Shown here piece after piece: positions 1-11,879 of a stretch of 64,000 nt of DNA. Position numbers and translations under genes: made by a program. The number at the start of each line of letters is the position of its first letter. Position 1 is the first letter of the stretch. Origin of the DNA: the human T2T-CHM13v2.0 reference genome, Homo sapiens; assembly GCF_009914755.1 (NCBI RefSeq), contig NC_060939.1. One strand, given 5' to 3'. The notes under the pieces were generated by a model that was given only the letters and a program-made list of their open reading frames with translations, searched no databases and had not been told where the DNA came from.

Positions 1-528
1 GCTCGTCTGGAATTCCCATTCTCCTCTGAGAAAAGGGTCTCCAGTCACCAATAGTGAGGAGAAGCATCCCACTGCCTCACTGAGGTGGCCTCATGGTGAG
101 GGATCAGGACCCACCCAGTGTGATGAATAAACCCGGACTCTCAGCAGTCTGGAAAGGAACAGACCAACAACTTAAGAGAAAAGGATCCTCACATACCATG
201 GTGACCAGGTAACTATGTGCACAGACCAACGTAAGAAACATCACAAGAGCGACAAAGTATTTTCTTGGTGGTTGGGATATCTTGGAGATTGAAAGTGTGT
301 GTTGAGACTCACAATTGAGTGCAAAGCAAGTGTTCAGTCCAGATCTGCAGTTCTGTGGTCACCTTATACAGCTTAAGGTAGCCCTTCTGTAAAGGAGTCT
401 GGGTCAGGGGTTTCTACTGAAACAGCCATTGCTAAGAGGAAACCAACGTTCCCATGAGGGAAGCAGCCAGAGAAGGATGAAGCGAAAGGAGAAAAGTGCA
501 AGAAACCTCCAGCAGGGGGGTTGAGCCT

Positions 529-716
529 CGGAAAGGAAAGGGAAAGGAAAGGGAAAGGGAAAGGGAAAGGAAAGGAAAGGGAAAGGAAAGGAAAGGAAAG
601 GGAAAGGAAAGGAAAGGGAAAGGAAAGGAAAGGGAAAGGGAAGGGAAAGGGAAGGGAAAGAGAAGGGAAAGGAAAGGGAAGGGAAGGGAAGGGAAGGGAA
701 GGGAAGGAAAGGAAAG
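529..716. repeat. (GGAAA/GGGAAA/GGGAA)n polypurine simple repeat in the ERV leader
   Basis: About 190 bp of pure purines; it produces the low-complexity ORFs at 404-982. Confidence 0.95.
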
Positions 717-821
717 GTGAGAAATCTCCAGTAGGAGAGGTTGAGCCTTATACAAACCTCTCGTAACTGGGAAGAAATTTCTAGTAGGGGAAATTGAGCC
801 TCACCCCAATCCCTTTTCAAG

Positions 822-2345
822 ATGGGAAATACCTCAAGTAATGCAGGGGAGAAAAAGGATAAAGCTAGCAACAATAACATTCCTCCTGATAGTCCCCTAG
901 GGCTTATGCTAAAATATTGAAAAGAGAGTGAAAGGACTAAATACAAGAAAAAGCAGCAAATGATAAAATATTGTTGTTTCATTTGGACTCAGGAATCAAT
1001 CCTGAAAAGCAAGTCAGAAATTAACTCCTCTGAGAAAGATAAGGTCCCTGTTCCTAGACAGCTCACCAACACATGGAACTTCCTCCACCACCTTCCCCCG
1101 TCCAATATCCCTAACCTCCTTCTCCCTCAAGCAGAAGCAGTTGTCCCAGACCCTTCTCCTACCCACATTGTTCCCCCTCTTTATAACCCTGCCTCTTGGG
1201 AATTGTCCCAACAGCCTGCTCACTATCACCCTAAGTACTCTTCCCTGAAAGGACTTCAGTGTGAGATAGAGCAATGTAAAAGGGATATTCAGAACTTCCC
1301 CTTCCCCTCTACCTCGGGAGAATTAGCTCCACCTCTCTTCCCCTGAAGAGAGGTGTCCCTACGAGGAGGAGGTATTCACTTTGTAAATGCTCCTTTAACC
1401 AGCTCGGAGGTCCAAAACCTAAAAACAGAGTTCAAGCCACACTATTAGACAACTCCAGTGGAATAGCAGATCGAATTAACCAATTTCTAGGACCACAGTT
1501 ATATATACTTGGGCTGAGTTAATGTCCATCCTAGGCATCCTTTTCTCAGGGGAAGAAAGAAGCATCATCTGTAGAGCTGCTATGGTACCCTGGGAACATG
1601 AACACCCTCCTGGCCAAAACATTCATGCAGCGGATCAAAAATTCCCCAACCAAGACCCCTGCTGGGACAATAATAACGCAGCCCACTGAAGAGGATACGC
1701 AAGAACTTAGGGAAATGATAATAAAAGGGATTCGGGAGTCAGTACTCCGAACCCAAAATCTTACTCGAGCATTCGACATACAACAAAGGAAAGATGAAGG
1801 GCCTATCGAACTTTTAGACAGGTTGAAAGAACAAATGAGAAAATATGCTGGCCTAGATTTAGAAGATCCTCTTAGGCAGTGAATGTTAAAGCTTCATTTT
1901 GTTACTAACAGCCAGATATCACAAGGAAATTACAAAAGATAGGAAATTGGAAGGACCATCCCACGAACGAGCTTCTTAGAGAAGCTCAGAAAGTGTGTGT
2001 AAGGAGGGATGAGGAGAAGCAAAAAGAAAAAATGAAAATTATGTTATCCACCTTCCAACAGGGGGCCCCAAAGGATAAAACACACCAGTATTACTCTCTG
2101 TTACCCAGAGACCCACACACTCCCAAACAAAGCCTCCCGAGAGCCAAAACCTATAAAGATCCTAGGCCCCCACTTCCTAAGCCATATAAAGAACATAAGG
2201 AGACAAAGCCGAGAAACCCAAAAATAGAGAGAAGAGACAGAATCAATGCTTCAATTGTGAGAAAGTAGGCCACTTCAAGAGGTATTGTCCCAAATTAAAA
2301 TCAGAAAGAGAAGTCGTCCCACTTACGACCTTTGAGGAGGAATAG
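822..2345 (+). pseudogene. ERV gag (disrupted)
   Basis: ATG at 822 gives myristoylation-type MGNTSS and IPPDSPLG; MHR-like QQRKDEGPIELLDRL; zinc knuckle CFNCEKVGHFKRYC at 2247-2288; TAG at 2343-2345; several stops and frameshifts. Confidence 0.9.
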
Positions 2346-5300
2346 GGGGGTTAGGGGCTCTGTCTCTTTTACCTTGAATCCCACCAAGAGCCCTTGATAA
2401 ATTTAGAAGTGGAACCCAAATCCGAGCTTATGACCTTTTTAGTAGACTCAGGAGCAGCCTGCTCCTCTGTTTGTTACCTTCCCCCACAATATAACCTGGT
2501 CCTCAGAGGAGCTTGTAGTCTCAGGGGTAAAAGGAGAGGGAATCAAACTAAAAATTTTAAAAGAAACAGAAATTAGATGTAAAAACTGCTCAGCTAATGT
2601 TGAATTTTTGTTAATTTCAGAGGCAGGAACTAATCTATTAGGAAGAAACTTAATGTTAAAATTAGGTATAGGTTTACGTATTGGCTCAGAAGGATTCTAC
2701 ACTTCATTAAACCTGCTCACCACTGCAGAAGAAACATACATTCATCCTGATGTTTGGGCAAGGGAAGGAAATTGGGGAAAACTCCAAATTCCCCCTATAC
2801 ATATAAAGTTAAAAACCCCTGGAGAAATAGTAAGAAGAAAGCAATATCCTATTCCTTTAGAAGGCAGAATAGGCCTGAAACCTGTAATTGAAAGCCTCAT
2901 CAAGGATGGGCTCCTTGAACCCTGTATGTCCCCTTATAACACCCCAATACTGCCTGTGAAGAAACCAGATAGGTCATGTCGACTAGCATAAGACCTCTGG
3001 GCCATCAACCAGACAGTCTAGACTACCCATCCTGTTGTCCCTAATCCTTAAACCATTCTCAGTAAAATTCCATATGAACATCAATGGTTTACAGTAATAG
3101 GTTTAAAAGATGCCTTTTGAGCATGCTCCTTGGATGAGGACAGCTGAGACATTTTTGCTTTCGAATGGGAAGATCCCCATTCTGGATGACAGCAACAGTA
3201 TCGATAGACAGTTCTACCCCAGGGCTTCACAGATTCCCCTAATCTCTTTGGTCAAATTCTAGAACAAGTGTTAGAACAAGTTTATACCCCAAAATGTATA
3301 TGTCTGCTCCAGTACGTAGATGACTTATTAATATCCGGTTAGGCTATAGAAAAGGTATCTGCTTTCTCCGTCCATATCCTTAACCATTTGTAAGGAGAGG
3401 GGCTATGGGTTTCAAAGAGAAAGCTTCAATTCATAGAGCCTGAAGTTAAATACCTAGGACACTTAATAAGTAACGGCAAACGAAGGATAGGGCCTGAGAG
3501 GGTTGAAAGGATTGTATCCATACCTTTGCTTAAGACTAAACAAGAACTCAGAAAATTCCTAGGGATAGCTGGATATTGCCGCTTATGGATTGACTCATAT
3601 GCCCTTGTCATAAAGCCTCTCTACCTAAAAATCACCCAAGAAAAGCCTGACCCTCTCCTCTGGACTTCTGAAGAACTCCACCAGGTTGAGGAGCTAAAAC
3701 ATCTGCTTATAACTGCCTCTGTTTTAGCTTTGCCTTCCCTAGAAAAGCCATTTCACCTTTCTGTTAACATAAATAAGGGGGTAGCTTTAGGGGTCCTTAC
3801 CCAAGAACACGGAGGTCACCAGCAACCCATGGATCTCCTATCAAAAGTTTTAGATCCAGTAACCTGTGGATGGCCTGAATGTTTCAATCCATTGCAGCTA
3901 CCGCCTTGTTAACTAAAGAAAGCAGAAAACTAACCTTTGGGGGAAAGTTAGTTGTAAACATGCCCCATCAGGTTAGAGCCATCTTAAATTAAAAGGCAGG
4001 AAGGTGGCTTACTGACTTGAGAATTTTAAAGTATGAAGCTATCCTGTTAGAAAGAGATGATTTAACACTAACCACTGATAATTCACTTAACCCAGAGGTT
4101 TCCTGACTGGAGATCCAAATCTAAAGAGACCTGAGCATGAGTGTTTAGATTTAATGATCATACAAAAGTTAGGCCTGATTTAAGAGAGACCCCTTACAAA
4201 ACGGGGCAGGGCTTCTTTATAGATGGCTCTTCCCAAGTAATTGAAGGAAAAAGGCATAATAGGTACTCAGTAGTAGATGGGGAGGCACTTGAAGAAGTAG
4301 AGTCAGGAAGCCTGCCAAATAATTGGTCTGCCCAAACATGTGAATGAATTGTTTGCATTAAATCAAGCCTTAAAGCACTTGCAAAACCAAGAACGGACTA
4401 TTTATACTGATTCCAAGTATGCCTTTGGGGTAGCTCACACCTTTGGAAAAATTTGGACTGAACGAGATCTTATTAATAGCAAAGGCCAAGACCTGGGCCA
4501 CAAAGAATTAATCACCCAAGTATTAGATAACCTGCAGCTGCCAGAATAGCTATTGTCCATGTTCCAGGACATCAGAAAAGTCTTTCTTTTCAAAGCGGAA
4601 GGAATAACCTAGCAGATCAAATAGCCAAACACACTGCCGTTTCCTCTGAAAATGTCTGTTTTTCACTTAGCCCCTTGCCTTCCTCCCTCGACTGCAGTCC
4701 CCATCTTTTCTCCCGCTGAAAAGGAAAAATTAATAAAAATAGGAGCCAAAGAAAATTCAGAAGGGAAATGGGTGTCACCAGACCAAAGAGAAATGTTATC
4801 CAAACCCCTCATGAGGGAAATTCTCTCCCATCTGCATCAAGGGACTCATTAGGGACCTCAAGCTAAGTGTGATGCAGTCCTCGGGGTCTACAGATGTATA
4901 GGAATTTATATTTTGGCAAGACAAGTTACAGATAGTTGCCTAGTATGTAAGAAGACTAATAAGCAGATCCTCAGAAAACCACCTGTTGGAGGGAGAAATC
5001 CAGGATTAAGGCTGTTCCAAAGTGTCCAAATTGATTATGCCGAAATGCCCCCAATTGGTCACTTAAAATATTTATTAGTGATAGATCACCTTACTCATTG
5101 GGTAGAAGCTATTCCCTTTTCAAGTGCAACTGCTAGTAATGTACTCAAGGCATTAGTTGAAAATATTATACCCAGGTTTGGATTAATAGAAAATGCTGAT
5201 TCAGACAATAGGACTCATTTCACTGCACATGTTCTTAAGAAACTAGCCCAAGTACTAGATATAACATGGGACTACCATAACCCCTGGCACCCACCTTCAT

Positions 5301-5848
5301 CAGGAAGAGTAGAAAGAATGAATCAGACTCTGAAAAACCACCTAACCAAATTAGTCCTAGAGACTCGGTTGCCATGGACTAAATGCCTCCCCATGGTCTT
5401 GTGAAGATTCCAAACTGCCCCTAGGAAAGATGTCGGCTCACCTCCTTATGAAATGCTGTATGAGTTGCCTTATCTACACTCCACTGCTGACATTCCTCGT
5501 TCGAAACAAAAGATCTGTTTCTCAAGAACTATATACTTGGTCTATCCTCCACTTTCTCTTTCCTTAGGACTAAAGGCCTCTTGGCACATACACCACCCCT
5601 TGAATTTCCAGTTCACCACCACCAGCCCGGACAGTGACCACATTCTCATCAAAGGTCAGAAAGAAAGGAAGCTCAAGCCCACCTGGGAGGGACATTATCT
5701 AGTGTTTCTAATGACTGAGACAGCCGTCCACACCACTGAAAAAGAATGGACTCACCATACCTGAGTCAAAAGAGCACCACCCACTCCAGAATCATGGACA
5801 GCTATTTCAGGGCCAATTCCAACCAAGTTAAAGCTAAAACGGGTTTGA
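2346..5848 (+). pseudogene. ERV pro-pol (protease, RT, RNase H, integrase; disrupted)
   Basis: FLVDSGA (protease); LPQGF and YVDD at 3313-3324 (RT); FIDGSS and IYTDSKY (RNase H); HQGTH/CLVC, QIDYAEM and SSGRVERMN (integrase). Split across frames by stops and indels. Confidence 0.93.
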
Positions 5849-7774
5849 TCCTCTTATGCTATATTTCTTTTCCCCTTCTATTGCTAGTCCTCTCGTTATT
5901 AATGTAACTAGGTCGAGCTCACCCCAAACTATTACCTTTGATGCTTGCCTTGTTATATCCTGTGGAGATCTCCAAAGTCAAAAGCAACTCTCAGCCTCAG
6001 AGAAGTATCTCCGTCCCTTTCAGACAAAAGCCTCCCCCATTACGACTCTTGTTCCTTAAGAAATGTAGGGAAACAGGCCTGCCACAGCTGGAATGATATT
6101 ATGTGGACAACTGAACATCAGGGCTTTGTCAACAGGCAGTTGTAAGTCTCTAAAACCATGTTTGCTTTGTTAAAGGAAACATTCCCCACCCCCTGACTGC
6201 CAGTATAACCAATGTAATCCAGTGCAAATTTCTATTCTTATCCCCACTTCTGCCAACCCTAAACCTACTTTAAGTCGCTTATACGGCATAGGAGCCAAAA
6301 TAGCAGGGACACATCTTATAGAATCCTTTGAAATGCATTTCATTACTTTCTCACCTCCTCCACCTCCTTCTACACTCTCTCTCAACGAAACCGCTGTTCT
6401 TCCTTCAACCAAGGATAAAATCAAGGTAAGCCATTGTAGAAGTTAAAAATTTGAAACAAACCATAGCAACTGAGACAGGGTACCAAGATGCAAATGCTTG
6501 GTTAGAATGGATTAAATATTCTGTCCGCACTCTAAACAAAAGCAACTGTTACACTTGTGCGCACAGTAGGCCAGAGGCCCAGGTTGTCCCCTTTCCACTC
6601 GGATGGTCTTCCAGCCAACTGGGCATGAGCTGTATGGTAGCTCTTCTCCAAGACCCCACAGCCTGGGGTAATGAATCTTGCCAAGCTCTCTCTCTGCTAT
6701 TCCCTAAAGTCCAACACCCTGCAGGTCAGTCCCTGAGGGCCATCCAGCCTCCATCTATTGACACCAATTTTTACCTCGGGTCTCTCACAACAAGGGGAAA
6801 ACTTGGCATTTCATGAAGACCTAAAGGGATGCGGTGAACTTAAACTCTCCCAAGAGCTTACCAGTCAGTCTGCCCTTGTTCATCCTCGAGCATACGTATG
6901 GTGGTATTGTGGTGGACCCTTACTGGACACTCTGCCAAGCAACTGGAGTGGTACTTGTGCTCTAGTCCAACTGGCCATCCCTTTCACCCTAGCATTCCAT
7001 TAACATAATAGAAGAGAAAATCAGAAGAGAAGAAGTGACCTTCATGGGTCCTTTGACTCCCACGTTTATAAAGATGCTACTGGAGTTCCACGAGGGGTAC
7101 CAGATAAATTTAAGGCCCGAAATCAAACAGCTTCAGGATTTGAATCTGTGCTGTTTTGGTGGTCAACTGTAAATAAAAATGTAGATCGGATAAACTACAT
7201 TTATTACAACCAACAAAGGTTTGTTAACTACACAAGACATGCCATTAAGGGAACAGCCTCCCAATTAGGTCCCATTAACTAAATAGTCTGGGAAAACAGG
7301 ATAGCCCTAGATACGATGCTAGCAGAAAAAGGTGGTGTCTGTGTCATGATTGGAGTCCAATGATGTACTTTTATTCCTAATAACACAGCCCCTGACGGAA
7401 CAGTAACAAAAGCTTTGCAGGACCTAACCTCCTTATCCAATGAGTTAGCAAGCAATTCTGGAATAAATGATCCCTTTACAAGTTTAATGGAGAAATGGTC
7501 TGGAAAATGGAAAGGCTTAATGTCCTCAATATTTACTTCTCTTGCAATCGTTATAGGTGTGCTTATTCTTGTTGGATGCTGTATCATACCATACATTTGT
7601 GGACTACTGCAAAGACTCATAGACACAGAACTTACCAAAACCTCTCTTAGCTCTCCTCCACCCTATTCAGATAAGCTTTTCCTTCTAGAAAACCAAGCAG
7701 AACAGCAAAGCAAAGACATGCTAAAAAAGTTTGAAGAGGAAGAATTACAAAAATTAAGAGGGGGGAATTGTTAG
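5790..7774 (+). pseudogene. ERV env (disrupted; start approximate)
   Basis: SNCYTC and NWSGTCAL (SU); basic cleavage site RRENQKRR near 7010-7033; ISD ENRIALDTMLAEKGGVC; CX6CC broken by TGA at 7361; hydrophobic TM IFTSLAIVIGVLILVGCCII. Confidence 0.88.
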
Positions 7775-8208
7775 GTACAGTAAGTTCCTCTTCAAAGGTT
7801 TAACTTGTTCAACTTCCTTGTTCTCTGTTCCTAAGAACAATTTCCCTGTACCTTCTCGACCCTACTTACCAGCTTAGTTACCTGCTTAGTAACCTGCCTT
7901 GTAAACAACTCTTCCTACCAGCCCCAATCTGTAACTCACATTCCCCCTCCCTTTCTTATTAGAGAAAATATTCACAATATCCAGCTGAGTCAGCTAAGAT
8001 TGTGCAGTCCTACCCCAGCCCATGTTGGAATGACACAGAGGTAGGGAGTGCATTAGGGATAAGAACCCCTGCTCCACCCCGTTTGGTGTGCTCTTGCAAT
8101 CATGACTAATGCAAGCAGCATACTTGCAGAAGCAAATTGTCTTGCTGAGAAAACTTTTTTGCCTGAGTGCTGCTTCTTCCTCACAGCACCGATCATTTGT
8201 TTCTAACA
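7769..8208 (+). mobile_element. 3' LTR (LTR10-like), 440 bp
   Basis: Begins TGTTAG and ends CTAACA (perfect 6-bp inverted termini), immediately after the PPT; AP-1 site TGAGTCA at 7986-7992. Confidence 0.85.
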
Positions 8209-9814
8209 ATCTCGCTAAAAGCAGCCTAGAAAGCAGCCACTTATGCAGAAAGAGTAATAATTTATGCTCTACAAGTCATATAAAAAATGAAGTTTCATTT
8301 GTTTACCGGCTAATTTACTTCCTGGGAGACATTTTTCATTCTAAAACAGTGATTCCCTACCAAGAGTTCATAGATGCCAAGAAGTCCATAAAAGGCGTAA
8401 TGGAATTGCCAAATTATGTTAAATACTTCAAAAGGACTCAAAGCCATATACTAGTTCCCAATAGGCCTGCACAAGTTATTAGAACAAGCTGCTTTGCATT
8501 CTTGTGTGATCAGAACCAGTAACTAGATGGCAATCAGGTCTGTTACTGAAGATGGAAAAACTATACTTAAGTTTGTATAACAATCTTTCATAACATGGCT
8601 TCACAGAAAAGAAGTATAAAAAGGATTCCTTGGTTGAAAAAGAGTGCTCTTTTCCCTTCATTATTTAAGATTAGGACAAATTTATAAAACAGGAAAAAAA
8701 TAGCACAAATCCCTTGGCAAACAGAGTAAAACATCTACTCTGTTTTGCTTTTTTTCACTTCTTACACTCTCTTTCATAGGAAGTCAATTTACAGACTTCC
8801 ATCAAGCCCTTAGAGACCTTTTTGTACTATCCATGACAAGCTCTTGATGTTATCTCTGCACTTTTGACAAATTCTTAGCAGTTAACTTACAAGGCAGTTA
8901 AGATTTTTGTTCAAGCACAATATAGCTAGAATAGGCTCATACATTCAATAAAACAAATATTTACCAAGCATTTATTGAGTGGAAGATAAAAAGCACAAAG
9001 CATAATTATAAAATATTTTCCCCTGCCACCATAAAAAAATTAAACAGGCTTACAGAATACAGTGTAAGAAAACATGACCAAAGCAAAAATAGTAAGGACT
9101 AAAGAAGGGAGGAAGGGGAAATATCAACATGGACTGAATATGACCCAAAAGAGCCTTGATGGATGGTCAGACATGTAAAGGCAAATTGGTTAGGGTTAAG
9201 GGGTGGAGGTCAGGGCACGTTCTATAGGGAAACGGCAGCTGATACAGAAGCCTGAAAGGAAAAGCGGGCAGAGCACCTGGACAGGCCTCTTCAGGAACGA
9301 GCACGCACGTGCGTGAAAAACAACTTAGTGAGGTACCGTTCACCCAAACATTAGAGAAACCGCGTAAAAATGCTTCTTGGTAAGCATGAAGAAGGCAGGG
9401 CTCGCCCTGTAGAAGAACTCAATAAACATTTGAACTGTCTAAAGAGTAAAAGTTAATGAATAGGCCAAACTCACTCCTTTCTTTGTTTTAAGAGCTACAA
9501 CTTTAGAGAATAACAAATCACAAACCCAGTAGACAGGTCCTGGCATTTCAAATCCAACCCCATTTTTCCCTTAATCTTTCCCCTCTGAGCAAATGGTATC
9601 GACATGAACAAGCCATGTTGATTTGATCAAGACACTCATCCATGGTTAAAAGAGTCTTTACCTTCAAGAGATACAAACAGAAATATTGACAGATGAAGTG
9701 ATCTGTCTGGAATCTGCTTCAAAATAATCCAAAGTGGAGTATAAATGAAATAAGATTAGCCAAAAGTTTATCATTGTTGAGGGTGGCTACAGTACATAGT
9801 TCAACTTTTGTTGA

Positions 9815-10119
9815 GGCCAGGCATGGTGGCTCACACCTGTAATCCCAACACTTTGTGAAGTGGAGGCAGAAGGATCACTTAGCCCAGGAGTTCGAGACCA
9901 GCCCGGGAAACACAGGGAGACACCGTCTCTCCAAAAAAAAAAAAAAAAAAAAAAAATTAGCCACCATGATGGTGAGTGCTACTTGTGAGGCTGAGGTAGA
10001 AGGATCACTTGAGCCTGGGAGGTCAAGGCTGCACTAAGCTGTGATTGTGCCACTGCACTTCAGCCTGGACAAAAGAGTGAGACTCTGTCTCAAAACAAAA
10101 AACAAAAAAAAAAAAAAAA
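9815..10119 (+). mobile_element. Alu (old, J-like)
   Basis: GGCCAGGCATGGTGGCTCAC start, expanded A-rich linker, A tail. Confidence 0.9.
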
Positions 10120-11145
10120 GAAAGATGGAACATATTATAACTGTCAGACCATTTGTTGCAACCTGGGCTGCAATCTTTTTCTTTAAACCCAAAAGAACTT
10201 CTGACCAGGTAAATGTAGTCTTTTTTTCTTTTTTAATGACAAATCTACTTTATAAAGTACCTTCCCTTATCAGTGAGAAAGAAAATATAAAAGAGCTGAG
10301 TCAAATCTGGAGTCAATAAAGGTTTGTAGTTCTTCAAACAAGAACCCTTGCTCTGAATTCTAAAAGTAAATAACAGACATGCTGAAAAAATATTTCATTT
10401 TATGAAAGGTTCTGCACCAAAGCCTTTTACAAAAACAGTCTACAAAACCTACTAAACATCCTGTTCCATCTTCCACTTTGAAATCACTGCTTGGTCTAAA
10501 TTCAGTTTCATTAATAAAAATGAACACAATAAAACAGTACTCTATGCCCCCATTCCACCCCAACAATTATCTTCAAAGGATGTCCAGATTTCTGTACGCT
10601 ATTTGCCAATCCTACCTACATATTAAAAAAACAAATCTCAGCTTTAGAGGAAAATCACTGGTTAATTAAAATGTCATTTAGGGTTGTATTTGTTTTCTAT
10701 GAAGGGATAATAATGGGATATTTTATTTTCATTTATTACTAAAGCAACACCTTTCATTATTAGAAATGTATTTCCATTTCAAGCTACGTTTCAAAGCAAA
10801 TTATATTCTTCAACTAGCCACTTTCATAGGTATTTTGAATGCATTATTTTATTATAAAGCCTTGGCTGGCCTCCAGTGTTAATTAGCACAAAAAGATGGG
10901 TTTATTTTCAAAAGACAGGACATTCTTTTCAGCCTTCAAAATGTTTTCATCAAAAATTACTATGTACCATAAAAATAACACGCTCACTGTAAACATTTAA
11001 GCGATTCAAAGATAAAGTAGAAAGTCAAAGTCTCCACCTACCTGCCCTCTAAGATGTTAATACTTATGCTTAACATATTTTATTTTTTAAAAGGAGGGGA
11101 AATCACATCATAACTACTTTAAAAGGCCTTTACAACTTCTTTGTA

Positions 11146-11148
<3 letters not shown>

Positions 11149-11192
<44 letters not shown>
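11149..11192. repeat. (AC)n microsatellite
   Basis: About 22 AC units. Confidence 0.95.
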
Positions 11193-11197
<5 letters not shown>

Positions 11198-11599
11198 GGG
11201 GAAGGAGAGGGAGGGGGTGGGGGAAGGAGGGAGGGACAGACAGACACATACACTTCAATGTAAGGCTTATTATAAAACGTACAAAAAAGGTGAGAAAACA
11301 GAGATGGGTGGGAGACGGGCCTGCAATTTCAATATCTGAAGTCAAAACAACTTATTAGGAGATAATTTAGAATGCTTCCTGTCAACCCTATTTGGGGAAA
11401 ATATTGATTTGATAAAAGGTTACGGACTGAAATCAAAAAGTAGCTGCCTTTTGAAGGTCAATTAATCCTTTGGTTTTAGGAAAAACTAAAATGTTACAAA
11501 ACACACACAGTGAAACACACAGAGAACTCAAACTGACCTAACTACATTTATCCTCTCCTTCCCAATTATCCTTTATCACTAATTTCCCCAAACTACTAC

Positions 11600-11872
11600 T
11601 CTATTAGTTTCCTATTGCTGTTAACAACAAATTATCACAAACTCAGTGGCTTAAGACAACACAAATTTATTATCATGTTATCATTTCTGGAAGTCAAAAG
11701 TCCAAAATGACTTTCACTTGTTTAAAAATCAAAGTGCCAGCAGGGCTGTGTTCCTTCTAGAGTCTCTATGTGGAGAAAGTGTTCTTTTGCTATTTCCAGC
11801 TTCTAGAGCTGCATTCTGTGGCTCATGGGCTCCTTCCTCCATGTTCTAAGCCAGCAGTGTAGCATCTTCAAT
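11600..11872. mobile_element. MLT1-type (MaLR) LTR fragment
   Basis: TATTAGTTTCCTATTGCTG...CACAAACTCAGTGGCTTAA..CAACACAAATTTATTATC motif typical of MLT1. Confidence 0.7.
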
Positions 11873-11879
11873 CACCTGA

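Larger units (their letters stand above)
1..8208 (+). mobile_element. Class I endogenous retrovirus (HERV-I/HERVIP10-like, LTR10 family): leader, gag, pro-pol, env and 3' LTR; 5' LTR lies outside the window
   Basis: gag, pro, RT, RNase H, IN and env motifs in colinear order; polypurine tract AAGAGGGGGGAA directly before a TG...CA LTR. Family assigned from recalled similarity to the LTR10 start, not from a search. Confidence 0.9.

Noticed and set aside
404-982. FPFP- and GKGKER-rich ORFs on both strands
   Set aside because: Translations of the (GGAAA)n simple repeat.
960-7774. A functional retroviral Gag, Pol or Env (syncytin-like) gene
   Set aside because: Every gene has multiple stops or frameshifts; the longest fragment is 163 aa and the env CX6CC is broken.
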